A stretch of 64,000 nt of DNA from Octopus vulgaris (GCA_951406725.2 OX597822.1:90148001-90212000); one strand, 5' to 3'; positions 37,858 to 51,178 are shown, numbered from the stretch's first letter. The notes: generated from the sequence alone by a model not told the origin. Numbers and translations are program-made.

Positions 37858-40357
37858 CACCAAGGATTACTTTAAAAGGACACAAACTTAACTTTACTAC
37901 CAAACCCACAGTCAGGCTTATATACCCATCCAAACTCAGACTTAGAAAGACTAAGTAAACAGATAATTGACAGATACATACTCACTCTTAGAAACAGGAT
38001 CAAGCTGGATTTATGGTCTAATTCATTTGAAGTAGTATACTGGTTTAGAAACATTAGGGGCAGGGAGAAAACAAAATTCATACAAATAAACATTATCCAA
38101 TTATTACACTTCATCAATCCCATACTGCTAAACAAAGCACTAATCTTTGCTAGAAAGAACTCTTTGCAAAGGAAGAAAATAGATATTATAAGAGAAGTTA
38201 GAAACATGATTATAGAATATGAAGAAAATCTCTGGATGAGGAAAGACACCTAATAACTTTGATATAACCATGAGTTTGAGAGACTCAGCTCAAGCAGCAG
38301 ATCTAGAAAGCATTTACATTTTAAAATGCAAAGGAGTGGAATTTCTAAAACTAGGGGCAGATTGTACAAAATTATAACATATGCATACTAGAGAAGTATA
38401 GGAAGACACTCATAAAATTCTTTAAACATTTAGGATATAAGATATCAACAGAAACTGAGTATAGTAGAGTTAATTTTCTGGAGACCACACTTGATGTCAG
38501 CACTGGATTACATCACCCTTTCCCTAAGCAAAATGAAAGCCTAAGGTAAGTAAGTTGAGGAGTTAATCATCCATAAATTATCATAAACGCTATCCACATG
38601 GGGGAGTCTGCTATGTCTAGGGTATTGGCAAATGGGGGCATTTTTAAAATTCACAGGGGTACTACAAAATATCATTAATGGAGGCCACTTATGGCAGAAA
38701 AATCAAATATATACCTTGTCGCAATTCATGTACGAGTAATGACATCACATCACTTACAAAACTTAAGTTCAAACCGGAGAGGTAATGGTGGGATTTCAAA
38801 ATAAAGGGGGAATAAATGCAATAAGAAATTAAAGACAAAAATTCATCTTATGGTAGGGCCACTGTAGAGTGGGATGTTCCCCATAAATTACAAATTGCAT
38901 ATGTTAATGGAACAGCAAGGATAATCCGATGGCTAAGATCTTAGATCCACCTGAAGACAAACATAAATGACAGATATAATAGGAATATGGAGCTATTTGA
39001 ATCAGATAGCAGAGATAAGGACCTTGACGGAATTGAAAATAGTTATAATGATAACAAAGATGAGAATAAACAAATGGTAAGATACAGGGAGGAAAAATCA
39101 AACTATAGATTCCAACTATATAAAAAAGAAAGAGAAATCTATGAAAACTATCTGGTTCAATGCTCCATTTGAGGTCCAAATCACCACTAACATTCCAAGA
39201 AAATTTTTTGCAGTCCCAGCCCTTGACAAACATTTCCCTCTGTCGAGCAGATATGGGAGGCACACCATGATATTTATTACTCCACCACAAGGAACCTAAC
39301 ACAGATAAGTGTTCCATGAGAACTGGAGATTAAGGGAATTAGAAACAATAGACCCATCAGACCTAGACCAGACTAAAATATGTAAAAACAACAAGCTTCA
39401 GAGGGAATGTATAAATAATATTAATAATAGGAGTACCTACAACTAAATTAGGAATAATAGTGGTAGTGAAAAATGTTTTAGTTAAGCTGCTAATAGTAAC
39501 AGCGGTATTGAGTGAATCAGAGCTAGCAATGGGAAGGGTGAGGGTGAACATTGTGAGAATGGAGGTGGAGATAGTGCAAATAATACAGGAAATGCATGCA
39601 TGGAAAATAACAGAAAGGTAGTAAACATTAATATCAATGGTAAAACCAATGGGAAGTGTAATAGAGATAGTGCAAATAATACAGGAAATGCATGCATGGA
39701 AAATAACAGAAAGGTAGTAAACATTAATATCAATGGTAAAACCAATGGAGAGTGTAATATAAATAGAAATGATAACAACAACAACAACAACGATAATAAT
39801 AATAATAATAGGGATAATAACCACACAGGTAGTAGTAATTGGAAAGACAGGGCCAGTTGTAACAGTAGGGGAGATAGAGAATGTCCTTTAAATAAATCAT
39901 GTCTGGAAAAGAACAGTCAATGAATGTGCAGTAGTAACCCATAATAAAACTATTACATAGGATGTTGCTCAACGACATTTAAGCTCTATTATAACCACAC
40001 CACATCATTCAAACACAAAAATAAGGAAAACACAATATCACTTAGTAAGCTAATATGGCAACTCAGGGATGAAAAAAAACCAACAAAATATGGGTTAAAA
40101 CGGTCAATCCTAAGTCAAGCAAAACCATATGAAATAAGAAGTAGTAGATGTGAACTCTGCCTAGAAGAGTCACTCCAAATACATCAGAGAGTAACCTAAT
40201 TAATCATAGGCAGGAATTAGCAATACACCATAAGCACTTCTATAATAAATCCTTCAGCAGGCTCCCTAGATAACTTTAGCATTATAGTGAGAGACATTGG
40301 TCAAGATGGGTATAATGCATAAGGGATATATGCAAACAATCTTACCTAATGTTTTGC

Positions 40358-40389
<32 letters not shown>

Positions 40390-40510
40390 GCATGTATGTT
40401 TTTCATTTCATTAATTTTAAAAAAAGTTTTAAATTTCATTTTTTCTTTTCTTTTCTTTATTTTATAATAATAATAATAATAATAATGATAATAATAATAA
40501 TAATCATTAA

Positions 40511-40720
40511 GGTGGTGAACTGGTAGAATCATTAGCATGCCAGGCAAAATGTTTAGCAGTATTTCGCCTGTCACTACGTTCTGAATTCAAATTCCATCAT
40601 GGTTGACTTTGCCTTTCATCCTTTCAGGGTTGATAAAATAAGTACCAACAGAGGAATTGGGGTTGATGTAATTGACTAGTCCCCTCCCACAAAATGTCAG
40701 GCCTTATTATTATTATTATT
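40511..40720 (+). mobile_element. Second SINE family (Nin-domain-like)
   Basis: GACTTTGCCTTTCATCCTTTCAGGGTTGATAAAATAAGTACC; (TTA)n tail. Confidence 0.75.
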
Positions 40721-41042
40721 ACACTTCTTAATCTGAGCAGAGGCAATACGAGCAGTAACTATAAAGGAACATTACTAAAATCCACACAGAAAGATCAAAT
40801 ACATACATATATTCATTTATATCTACAGAACAGATATAAAGTCTGACGTTTAAAAATATAATAATATATAAATAAATAAATAAACATCATATGATATATA
40901 TAAATATATAAGAATCAGTGTTGCATACAAAATACAGTGAATTTACGCTTAAAATCATAAAATATTTGGTAAACTAAAAATTTGGGATAATAAAACATAT
41001 AAAGGACATATTAAAATGACGTATTAAAATTCCAGAAAAAAT

Positions 41043-41956
41043 ACAGTTTGGGCGTCCACATTTTTCAACTGTTGGTTTCTTGGTTGTTTTGCAAAGCTTC
41101 GCATTTGTTGGTAGTCTCTTTAGTGCAAACTGTGGAACCTGCCCCAACCTGCTTGAAGGCTCGGATTTCCTTTTTAAACAAGGACAGAGGTTCACAATTA
41201 AAACTAGTTTCACTTGTGCCTCTGAGAACCTAATTTATGTAATAACCTGCTCGGGTTGCAGACACCACTATATTGGACAAACGAGTATGACCTTGAGAAA
41301 GAGAACCACTCTACATAAAGAGCAAATCCATTTCCCGCAATACAGACAAATTCCTCTCAGTGCACATATAGAAAAATGTACAGATAACATCAAACCAACT
41401 TTCACAGTCTTCCTTTCTACCAGTGCAAAGACACAATCTCTCAACTAGAAGGTTTAAATAAAGAAACTTTTTTCATTGAAAAATACAAAACACGTCTTAA
41501 TAAATATGCACGCATAACCAACTTTTATCTTTTTACATATTTCAATTCACGATTACATCACTGTACATAAATCCCCTCACTAAACAAGGTTTTTGAATCT
41601 TGTCTCTGTCTGTAAACATATATATTCCCCTCCCATTACCGAAAGCTGAACAGTTATCTCCCTTACCCACAACAATAACAATAATAACGACAACCAAATA
41701 CCTCCCTTTATTTATCTACTTGTGAAGTCATTTACTCATGAATTTCATCACACACATGGACAAAATTTCTTCTTAAGAAAAAATATATATTCAAATTCAT
41801 GAATAGCGATAGCAAAACCGGTTGATATATTAAAAATTATATTAAAACTATGTAAGTGTGCGTATTTTCCTTTTTTTAATAGCGATAGCGAAACCGGTTG
41901 ATATATTAAAAATTATATTAAAACAATGTAAGTGTGCGTATTTTCCTTTTTTTAAT
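41043..41956 (+). mobile_element. Neptune-like Penelope 3' fragment (GIY-YIG) with a short 5' inversion
   Basis: CGTCPNL..FTCASENLIYVITCSGCRHHYIGQTSMTLRKRTTLH; KCGRPNC lies on the opposite strand at 41043-41125. Confidence 0.85.
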
Positions 41957-42505
41957 TTCCACCAAAACTACATACATTCCACAGGATTATTGCTCAGACA
42001 CAGATGCACTCTGCATCAACAGCAGATTGCATTCCCAGAATATAGAATGATACCCTTTAGTGAACATATTGAGAAATGCGCAAAGCAACTGTTACCACAA
42101 TTTGTAATCATTCCATTCTATCATTGTGCCATTGGAACACCGACGCAAGTTAGATTAAATATATCTTATATTATATTATATTATATATATGTATGTATGT
42201 TTTCAATGAAGAAGGTTTCCTTATTTAATCTAACTTGCGTCAGTGTTCCAATGGCACAATGATAGAATGGAACGATTACAAATTGTGGTAACAGTTGCTT
42301 TGCGCATTTCTCAATATGTTCACTAAAGGGTATCATTCTATATTCTGGGAATGCAATCTGCTGTTGATGCAGAGTGCATCTGTGTCTGAGCAATAATCCT
42401 GTGGAATGTATGTAGTTTTGGTGGAAGCCTGAGCATCTTATAATATAAATCAGGTTTTCTGAAGCACAAGTAAAGTCAGATTTGATTTTGAATTTTTGTC
42501 CCTAG
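41957..42505. mobile_element. Penelope GIY-YIG fragment forming a 205-bp inverted repeat
   Basis: Arms 41957-42161 and 42222-42426 are nearly identical and encode LRHRCTLHQQQIAFPEYRMIPFSEHIEKC. Confidence 0.88.
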
Positions 42506-42626
42506 GTAATGTAATTGCAATGCAATAAAAAACACTTGTGTATTAATAATTGGGTATTCTACCAGCAGTATATTGGATAGATATTATCCCTGAGTGGGTT
42601 GGATTCACAACCTCTAACTTTCTTGG

Positions 42627-42673
<47 letters not shown>

Positions 42674-42689
42674 CCCATAACCTATGCCA

Positions 42690-43030
42690 CTTATGAGTAC
42701 CCTTCATTCATTGGACAATAATGTTTGCTTGTGAAGACCTGTTGAGGCAAGTAAAATCAAAATTGCTGATGTGGCCCATGATAGTACCACCTGATTGGCA
42801 CTCGTACCAGTGGCACGTAAAAAGCACCATTCAAGCATGATCGTTGCCAGCATCGCCTTACTGGCATCCGTGCCAGTGGCACATGAAAAATAACATTCGA
42901 GCATGGTCATTGCCAGTGCCACCTGACTGGCTCCCACGCAGGTGGCATGTAAAAAACACCTTTTGAGTGTGGTCGTTGCCAGTACTGCTTGACTAGCCCT
43001 CATGCCGGTGGCACTTAAAAGCACCCACTA
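42690..43030 (+). mobile_element. Older RTE 3' UTR array fragment
   Basis: Four units of GCCAG..CTGGC..GTGCCRGTGGCACGTAAAAAGCACC. Confidence 0.8.
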
Positions 43031-43390
43031 CAAATCTATCGTACTACCTAAATATATCTTGTTTTGTCTATTGGGTATGCTAACTATACATTTATACACA
43101 ACACTATATCGAAGACATGATCCTGCAAGCGGACAGGTTTTGGGAGCTCTGCAGTTACAAATTTTATTCAGTGGCAACCTACTATTAATGTTCTTATTTA
43201 TATAGCCAGCATTATTAATATCATTTGATTGGGATATGGGACCTGATTTTAAATTCATTAGAATTTGATTATTATTATTTGTTACATTAGTATTTGGGGT
43301 CAATAGTTTATTTCCATTAGTATGTAGTGCTACTTCTAAAGCATTATTAGTTGCACTATTGTTTCCTTATTCTTAGCTATACCCTTAATT
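43028..43390 (-). mobile_element. Naiad-like Penelope GIY-YIG fragment
   Basis: Asn-rich linker followed by CNCRAPKTCPLAGSCLRYSVVYKCIV..IYLGST. Confidence 0.85.
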
Positions 43391-44375
43391 TCATTAGGGG
43401 AATCTGTTTGAAAATGCAAATCATATTCATTAGGGGAATATGATTTGCATTTTCAATTTTCTCTACTCTGTATTTTCTCACATTGGCTCTCTATAAGCAC
43501 TCTGTAAATAGCCCATACATTTTAAAACATACTTAACGTTATCATCATCATCATTTAGCATCCGCTTTCCATGCTAGCATGGTTTATATATCTATACAGA
43601 GAGGCAGCTCCTACCTGGTCAAAAACCATGCTGGGTATCACTCAGCAAGTCGCTTTCTTCAACAAATGCAGTTAGTTTCCTCTATTTGTTCCATGACTTT
43701 GCTGATGTGTAAAGTCAGAGAGATAGGCCTATAATTTTTGGCATCTGCTCTGCTTCCTCCTTTATGGATTGGGCATATTATTCCATCCTTCAGTTTGCTT
43801 GGCAGCCTGCCATTTGCAAGAAAACTCTGGAAGAGAATCTGTAGTAGTTTTACCAGGGCACGTTTGCATGATTTGAGGAGGATTGCTGGGAAAGCATCAG
43901 GGCAACAGCTGAGTTTGTGTCCACTTCATCTATGGCTAGTATTCTATCTTCTTCTCCAATATGTATGTGTGGTGCATGTGCGTGTGTGCATATATATACT
44001 TAACTATCAAAATTTGTAGAATGCCATGTTCATTTCTATAATCAATATATTTACCAAACTTTTGTAATTTATTCTTTCAGTTGACTTTGAAGCTATAATT
44101 ATGTTATAATTTTATAATATGAATAAGCTGTCACAGGTAAATTAATTTATCTCAAGTACAGAATATATTTTCTCATTCTGTTATTGAAAAACAATGAGAC
44201 CGTTATTATAAATTATCCTTCACATGGTGTTTAGATGAAATATATAATTTATAGAGGTTAATAACCTGAAAAATTATAATCATTATGAATAACTCATCTC
44301 AGACAGGTGTTAAATATGGTTATGTTGATAATAGCTGGGTTGAGGTGACATATTATAAACCATTGTTTAACTCAC

Positions 44376-44485
44376 CTTTGACATGACATGTTCTAGTGAA
44401 TCTGGATCTGCGACTGAAAAGCATATAATTACTAGATCTGCTTCAGCATATGATAAAGGGCGTACCCTGTCATATCCTCCATCCC
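44376..44485 (-). CDS. Rnd-like GTPase exon 3: (G)DGGYDRVRPLSYAEADLVIICFSVADPDSLEHVMSK
   Basis: TTGCAG| acceptor, |GTGAGT donor, 110 nt; phase matches exon 2. Confidence 0.94.
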
Positions 44486-44646
44486 CTGCAATAAAAAAAC
44501 AAGAATAAGTGGTCATAAAATTATACACATATATATAATAGCATTAGATATTTTCAAAATTCTAAAATTCTTAATTGAATTTAAACTAATTGAGAAAATA
44601 TTTATCAGTAAAAACATAGGTGTATGCGTATGTATATGTATGTATA

Positions 44647-44716
<70 letters not shown>

Positions 44717-44802
44717 TAATCCAAACATGAAAACACAACAACGCGAGGATGTGGAACAAATATAGTATTATTGGACGTTCAGGAAGGAAGGGAAGAAGGA
44801 GG

Positions 44803-44837
44803 ATTTTATGTTTCAAGCAGAGCTCTTCGTCAGAAAC
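44803..44837 (-). ncRNA. Minimal type I hammerhead motif inside a ~210-bp unit flanked by (TA)n (about 44712-44918)
   Basis: GTTT CTGACGA A GAGC TCT GCTT GAAAC AT A AAAT. Confidence 0.65.
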
Positions 44838-44917
44838 ATAGGAAAAGGAAAGATCCAGAGAAGGGAAGACAGAGGAAAAAAAAAATCGCCAACGGTACAC
44901 ACGCGGTCACATTTTGA

Positions 44918-44952
<35 letters not shown>

Positions 44953-45769
44953 CCCCTCCATGTACCCCACTAATTTTCATTTCACTCACTTAAACACAAA
45001 ACTTATTTCCTTTCTTTTTTACATTGTATTTACTTTTCGTCTTGTCTTTCACTTCCCTAACGACAGTATCTCATAACCATATCCTTACACATATGGACCT
45101 TCTACCACACCTTCCCCATTCCTCTTACCTTCCATTTCATTTCACACCTGTTGCCACCACCCCCACTTCCATGCATTTCTCACACACACAATGATAACAC
45201 TTATACACCATCACCCCCACTATCCCATGCCACTATACTCCCACACTTGTACACCTCTACTCACATACATACACTCCAAAAAACCTCTTGTTTGTTTCTT
45301 TTTTTTTCCTCCAGTTGTTTTTATTCATTTACTCTCCTCTATCATTTTTCTTCTGAAGGGCTATCCTGGTACTCTCAGTACATTTCTGCTGCCTTCACAA
45401 CTTCCAGGGTTCTCCACTTGTCACACTTTATGGTCTTGTTGGTGTGTCAGACATTCTCAACCTCAGATAAAAGTAATATTCAGTCAGACTGCTTTAGCCT
45501 TGACGGTTCTAAATTCCTCCACCAATGATGAAATTGGCTGCCAGGGCTTCGAGGTCTTGGTGCACAGACTGAATTAATTGAGCTGAAAATTGAGGAAATG
45601 CCCAGTCGCCTCCGCACAAATTTATGACACAACCTCTCCATTGCCTCTACCCAAGTCATGGCAAAGTCAGAGAGCAAGAATGGCCATTACAATCTGAGTG
45701 TGATGCAATACTGGAAGAATATATACATAGATAGATACACTCACACATGTTTATATATATAATAATAGA

Positions 45770-46250
45770 TATAGAATGAAACTTGCATGTTCTACCTCAC
45801 CAAATCTAGCCAATAACATAGTTACAACTAACAATAAGAAATTTAACAGGATTAGTATTAGGGAACATGCCTCTAATTATCCAAGTAATAATTGCAACCC
45901 TACATCCTCTGTGAATATTATATCTAAATCTAGTATAGAAAATACGATAATTATGTCCCCTTCTAATGGTAACAATAATACTAATTCAATAAACAATAAC
46001 TCTTCAACTAATATCCCTAATAATAAATGTAATTGTAAATCCTACTAAATGTCCTTTAAATAACCCAATGTCTTTGAACTAATATAGTATATATTAGTTC
46101 AATAACAACACCAGATAAAGGACATCGCTATATGGGCACTGCTGCATCCAAATTTAAATTTAGATGCAGTAGCATCTAAATTTAAGGATATAAACAAGCA
46201 CTTGACACCTTATTAGCTTAATTTATTTGGGACTTACATTAAAGAATACT
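45770..46250 (+). mobile_element. Naiad-like Penelope remnant
   Basis: LACSTSPNLANNI..Asn-rich..KCNCK..CPLN; YMG. Confidence 0.65.
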
Positions 46251-47121
46251 AGTTATTTATTTTATCTAGTTTCAGCTCATGAGCCGTGGCCATGCTGGGG
46301 CACTGCCATTAATTTTTTTTTTAACTAGATCTCTTGTAAGTTCTGGAAGAGATTTGAAACCCCCACCTATGTGTTGTATTACTACTTCTCAATACCCATG
46401 CCTACTGGTCCACCAAAGCAATTATTTAATATTGTGATCAATATATCGTCACCAATCATACATACTGCATTTCTAAACAAAGTGGGTAGGGGTAGTTGCA
46501 ACTCATGTTCTATGGAGCACAACAGGTCCTTAAATGTAAGTATAATGTACTTAAATGTAGATTAAACTCACAGTTATCACTTTTGAATTTATATAATGTA
46601 CTCCATATATCAAAACTCTGCACTACAAATTCTCATGTAAGGAATGAATTTATTCAGTTCAAGCATCTCCAAGTATAATCATACTATTTGAAGACATTTT
46701 GTTTACCTTTATTTTTTTAGCTTACTTTTTATCTTGATATTTATTAAATACATTTATCATTCTATTAAAGCCACTATCATAACACTATATTGTAATAAAC
46801 AGAGGGTGGGGGAGGGGTGTCGGAGGAAGTGGAATTTTCAGTTTTTAGTGCGTGTGAGGAAATTGAAGAGTTGGTGGTTGAGACCTAGAAGGAAGCAGAG
46901 AATAGATTGGGTGAAGGGTGGAGGGCGAAGGGTGGAAAGGAGAAGGTAAGCTTGCAGGAGTTGGTGATCAAGGGAGTGAATGCAGGAGCAGGTGGAACAG
47001 ATGGTAGCATGGATGAGGAGGCCAGAAGTGCAGAGGATGGGTTCGATGAGGGGAGAAGAGTAGGGGGTAGTGTCGAACTTCAAGCCAATACATGAATGCA
47101 TATATATATATATACACATAC

Positions 47122-47169
<48 letters not shown>

Positions 47170-48395
47170 TTGCTATTATGCAAAAGTGTCCTAAGTCCAA
47201 AACATTGCTTTTTCAGAAAATGAAAAAATATTTTCACCATTCCATTTCTTTTTACATGAGCAACAGTTTCAGCTTAATAATAAACTTTGCTGGGTGCATA
47301 AAATTGTAACTCATGTATGATATTTTCAGTCAGAAGTATTTTTGCAACTGTTGTATGTGGGACTTACTACACTTTTGAAAAATGTTAAACTGTTGTACAA
47401 CACTTTGACAATTTTCATATCCTGGCATCTGAAACAGGACCAGCAATTGCAAGCAAAATTAAATATTGAAAAAAAAAAAATGCATTTGGCCAAATTTGAA
47501 CATACAACAGTTTAACATAATAGCAACGACATAAATATATATCATTCATTAAACACAAGATTTAGACGTGAGCTACTATTAGTTTCATGCTCAGATAGTA
47601 TAAATAAACGGACAGGCTTGTATAGTGTGTGGTGTACTATCCTGCAATTGTTCAGCTCCAAAAATAAACACGGCTATTCCTTGAAAAATAAAAAAATAAA
47701 AAAAGAGAGCTTGAAGGAAAAGGGAGACTAGTTCTTTCCCTTGGACCCATTAACTGAAAAATACTGGTAACGATATATTTGATAAGGTAACCCCCACCAC
47801 TACTATTGATATAATAATGCCCAGGCCAACAGAAACTACAAAGAGAGGATGTTTTGCTTATGGACCCCTCTACTGGATTCCTATAGCTATTTGATGTCTT
47901 ACTGTTTTTTTTTTTTATCATTAAATATTAGGAATTATATAAAAAAAATTTAATATTTTGTCAATTGCAGAGGTACAACCAATTTATTGCACGTAAACTT
48001 TAACAACAAAATCTTACATGGACCCCATTTAAGAACCACTAACTGTAAAAAGACTGAAGCTTAAAAATAGATCCCTATGGATTGCCCCACCCTTTCTCCA
48101 TGAATGTTAAGGCAAACACAAGTAGAAAATTCCTGGCCTTAACAAATAAACATATCCTGGATAGCCAACAGCATAAGAAAAATCTTTAGACCGCAGGTGT
48201 GGCTGTGGTAAGAAGCTTGCTTCCCAACCACGTTTCCAGGTTCAGCGGACTTTAAACAATGATGATGATGATGATGAAAGATAGGATGGTTTTTTTTTAA
48301 ATTTTAGACATCATCATTACACAAATTTAATTTTAATAAGAATATAGGAATTGTGAACTCTAACACAAGTAAATAAAAAAAAAAGAATTACACAC

Positions 48396-48486
48396 CTGAA
48401 GTATCCCAAACGGACATTTCAATCTTATATGTATCAGATACATCATATGTAGCATTATAGGTATTGAAACCAGTCGGAGCATATGT
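48396..48486 (-). CDS. Rnd-like GTPase exon 2: TYAPTGFNTYNATYDVSDTYKIEMSVWDTS(G)
   Basis: TTTTCAG| acceptor, |GT donor, 91 nt; WDTSG is the Rnd-type G3 motif. Confidence 0.92.
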
Positions 48487-49679
48487 CTGAAAATAATAAA
48501 TGGAAAACGCATTATTTTTGTAAAAACAATACTTTGTCTGATGAATTTGTGGCAAAGTATCTCATGTATGCCCTCTTTCCTCACTTCAACTCATTTTTTG
48601 GAGAGGTTGGGGGATTTATTTTGGGGAGGGGAAAGGAATTCAAATTACTGATTAAGAAGGTTAAAATTACAAATACACATATAAGTAGAAACTATTAACA
48701 GTGACAAAATATACAAAAGAGCAGAGCTATGCTTTCTACAGGAAAAAACTGTTTGAATGAATTAGACATATAAATATTTTATTTTCGAATTTGCCAAGAG
48801 AGTGACAGATATTGCATTTCACTATTATTACAGCTAATCAATGTCAGGTACTTGTGTCATTTCAAGAAGAATATCAAATTAACTGGTCTGAAGTATAAAC
48901 AGATAGTGTATAAACTATACACTGGTTTAAAAAGGCACCACATAAGCAGAATAAATTTCAACTATACAATGGAAACAGCTTTGTAGTAAAACCTCTATCA
49001 ACACAACATACTTAACATGTATATATGTGTATATGTAGTTAGAATGCTAGCTGTGGCTTTAATCGGGGAAAAATCCCTTTATAGACATATTGTGTTAAAA
49101 TACACAATATACTTTAGAACTAGAGAAGACAAAATCACTCCAGAAATCACAAGAATGACAAATATGTATTTCAGTGTTTTAATGCTGGAATATATTGTTT
49201 CTTAACACAAAGTCCACACAAGGATTTGTTCCCAGATGAAAACTACCACTTCTAGCATTTCCATTATACACATACATTAAATATGTTGTATTGATAGAAA
49301 TATATACGTGTGTAAATAGATAGATATACATACATACATGTATACATATATGCATACACATATACATACATATATTTGTGTACACACACACATACATACG
49401 TACGAAAAAAGTCCTGTTGCATATTTGACATGATCACTTTGAGAGTATTTTTTTAATACTTAGGTGAAATAAGCATTAATTTTTACTTTCTAACGTCTTT
49501 TTTTTTCCTCCTTTGAAGATTACTTTATACTATAGCAAAAGGCTATTCATATTGATTTTACCCTTTTAAAATGAGTTTAAATCCGATCCAATGCTGCATG
49601 CTTTATGAATTCAAAAGGGGATCTTGAGAATGGAAGCAGCAAGAAATAATTGTTCTGTTTATGAAATAATTGTTCTGCT

Positions 49680-51000
49680 TCCACCATTTTCCCAGTCTTT
49701 TCAGGCCTGTCTCTTTGCTTTTATAGCACTGTCTACCTCCTATTTCCACCACCATGTCAATCTTGGTCTAGCTGAGACTCAGCACCAATGTCATCTGTAG
49801 CCCTCAGTAGATTGTCCTGCAGAGGCAATAACTTTCCCAAGATGTTGAATTAAGCTCTAGAGATTTTAGTGGTTACTCCAACTTATCCTTATACCTAATG
49901 ACAGGTCTTCTTTTACCACAGTATCCTTCTACTTGTTGGCCATACAAAAGAATTTTCAGTATGCAATTACCTTTCATTTGAACATGTCCCACCCTCTGCA
50001 CTGAATTCTCAGCAGCATGCTTTTGATACTGGAGATATCACATTTTTCTAAGATTTTGGCATTTGATGTCTTATCATGCCGTTTATGTTGCAGATATTGT
50101 GCAGATGGCACATCTGAAAGATTTTCCTACTTCTTTATATGTTTGTAGTAGGGAGTCCATGCTTCTGCCCCACACAAAAGTGTGCTCAAAATACATTTAT
50201 TTTAGTTTTTAGACTTACACTCTATTCATCCCACAAACAACGGGAAAATTTCCCAAAAGGACTTGTAACCTTTGATATTCTAACATTGATTTCATCATCA
50301 AGAGTACTGTACTTCCAAAATATTTAAATGACCTGACCCATTTGAGTGGCTTATTGTCGAATAATCACATTTGAATTTTTTGAATGCTCTGCCTCAGACT
50401 TTAGTTGAAATAAAACATCTGTTTTCTTGATGCTGATAGTCAGTCCAAATGCTGTGGTAAACCTGTTAACTGTTTCTGAACCCATTGACTGTTGACTGTT
50501 TTTGAATCCCCTCAAATGTATGAGAAATCAAAACGCAATCATAAGCAAATAGAAAATCACACACAATCTCTTTCTTGGTTTTTTTCTTTGATCTGAAACT
50601 TGGCCCATTTTTTTTTTTGTTGACTTCCTTCTGTGCAAAAATGAAGTTTTACACCTTCATGATAATTCCTAAAAGCATGTTGGAGCATCAGCGAAAAGAA
50701 TATGGAAAAAAGTACATGAGCTAAAGCACAGCCCTATTTGGTTCCAGTGGCAACAGAAAATGCTTCTGAACATTGACTGTTAGAGATCACTGTTGCCATC
50801 ATCCCTTCATGCAAAGATACTATTACCCTTATCATTTTATCAGGGAGACCAACTTTTGACAAAATTTTCCAGAGCACCTGATGCTGGCTGCAAAATGATC
50901 ATCATTCTATGGATATCAGCTGGTGAAATAAATATATTTGCAGTATCTCATACCTCCTGACTTTCTTCATATTCTATATACTCCTCATGATATAATCTTC
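49680..51000 (-). mobile_element. Old RTE-like LINE remnant
   Basis: Highly degenerate RT-like segments (AQVLFSIFFSLML, DFLFAYD). Confidence 0.5.
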
Positions 51001-51178
51001 ACTGATTGTATACACTCCTACGTATTGGTTTACTATGTGGTTTGTAGCCTGGTCCATTAAAGAGCGATTGTGATTACCACCAGATTATATAAATTCATAT
51101 ATTGTGCATTAAATTTATATATACATACATATACACATATATATAAATATACACATTTACACACATATTACATGTATA

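Larger units (their letters stand above)
36560..40265 (+). mobile_element. Long degenerate Naiad-like Penelope element with nested RTE and MITE insertions
   Basis: ITLK..HKLNFTTKPTVRLI; RLSKQIID; WSNSFEVVYWFRNI; KTIWFNAPF; DKHFP; Asn-rich linker; CNSRGDRECPLNKSCL; YYIG; SRCELCLEES. Left boundary uncertain. Confidence 0.75.
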
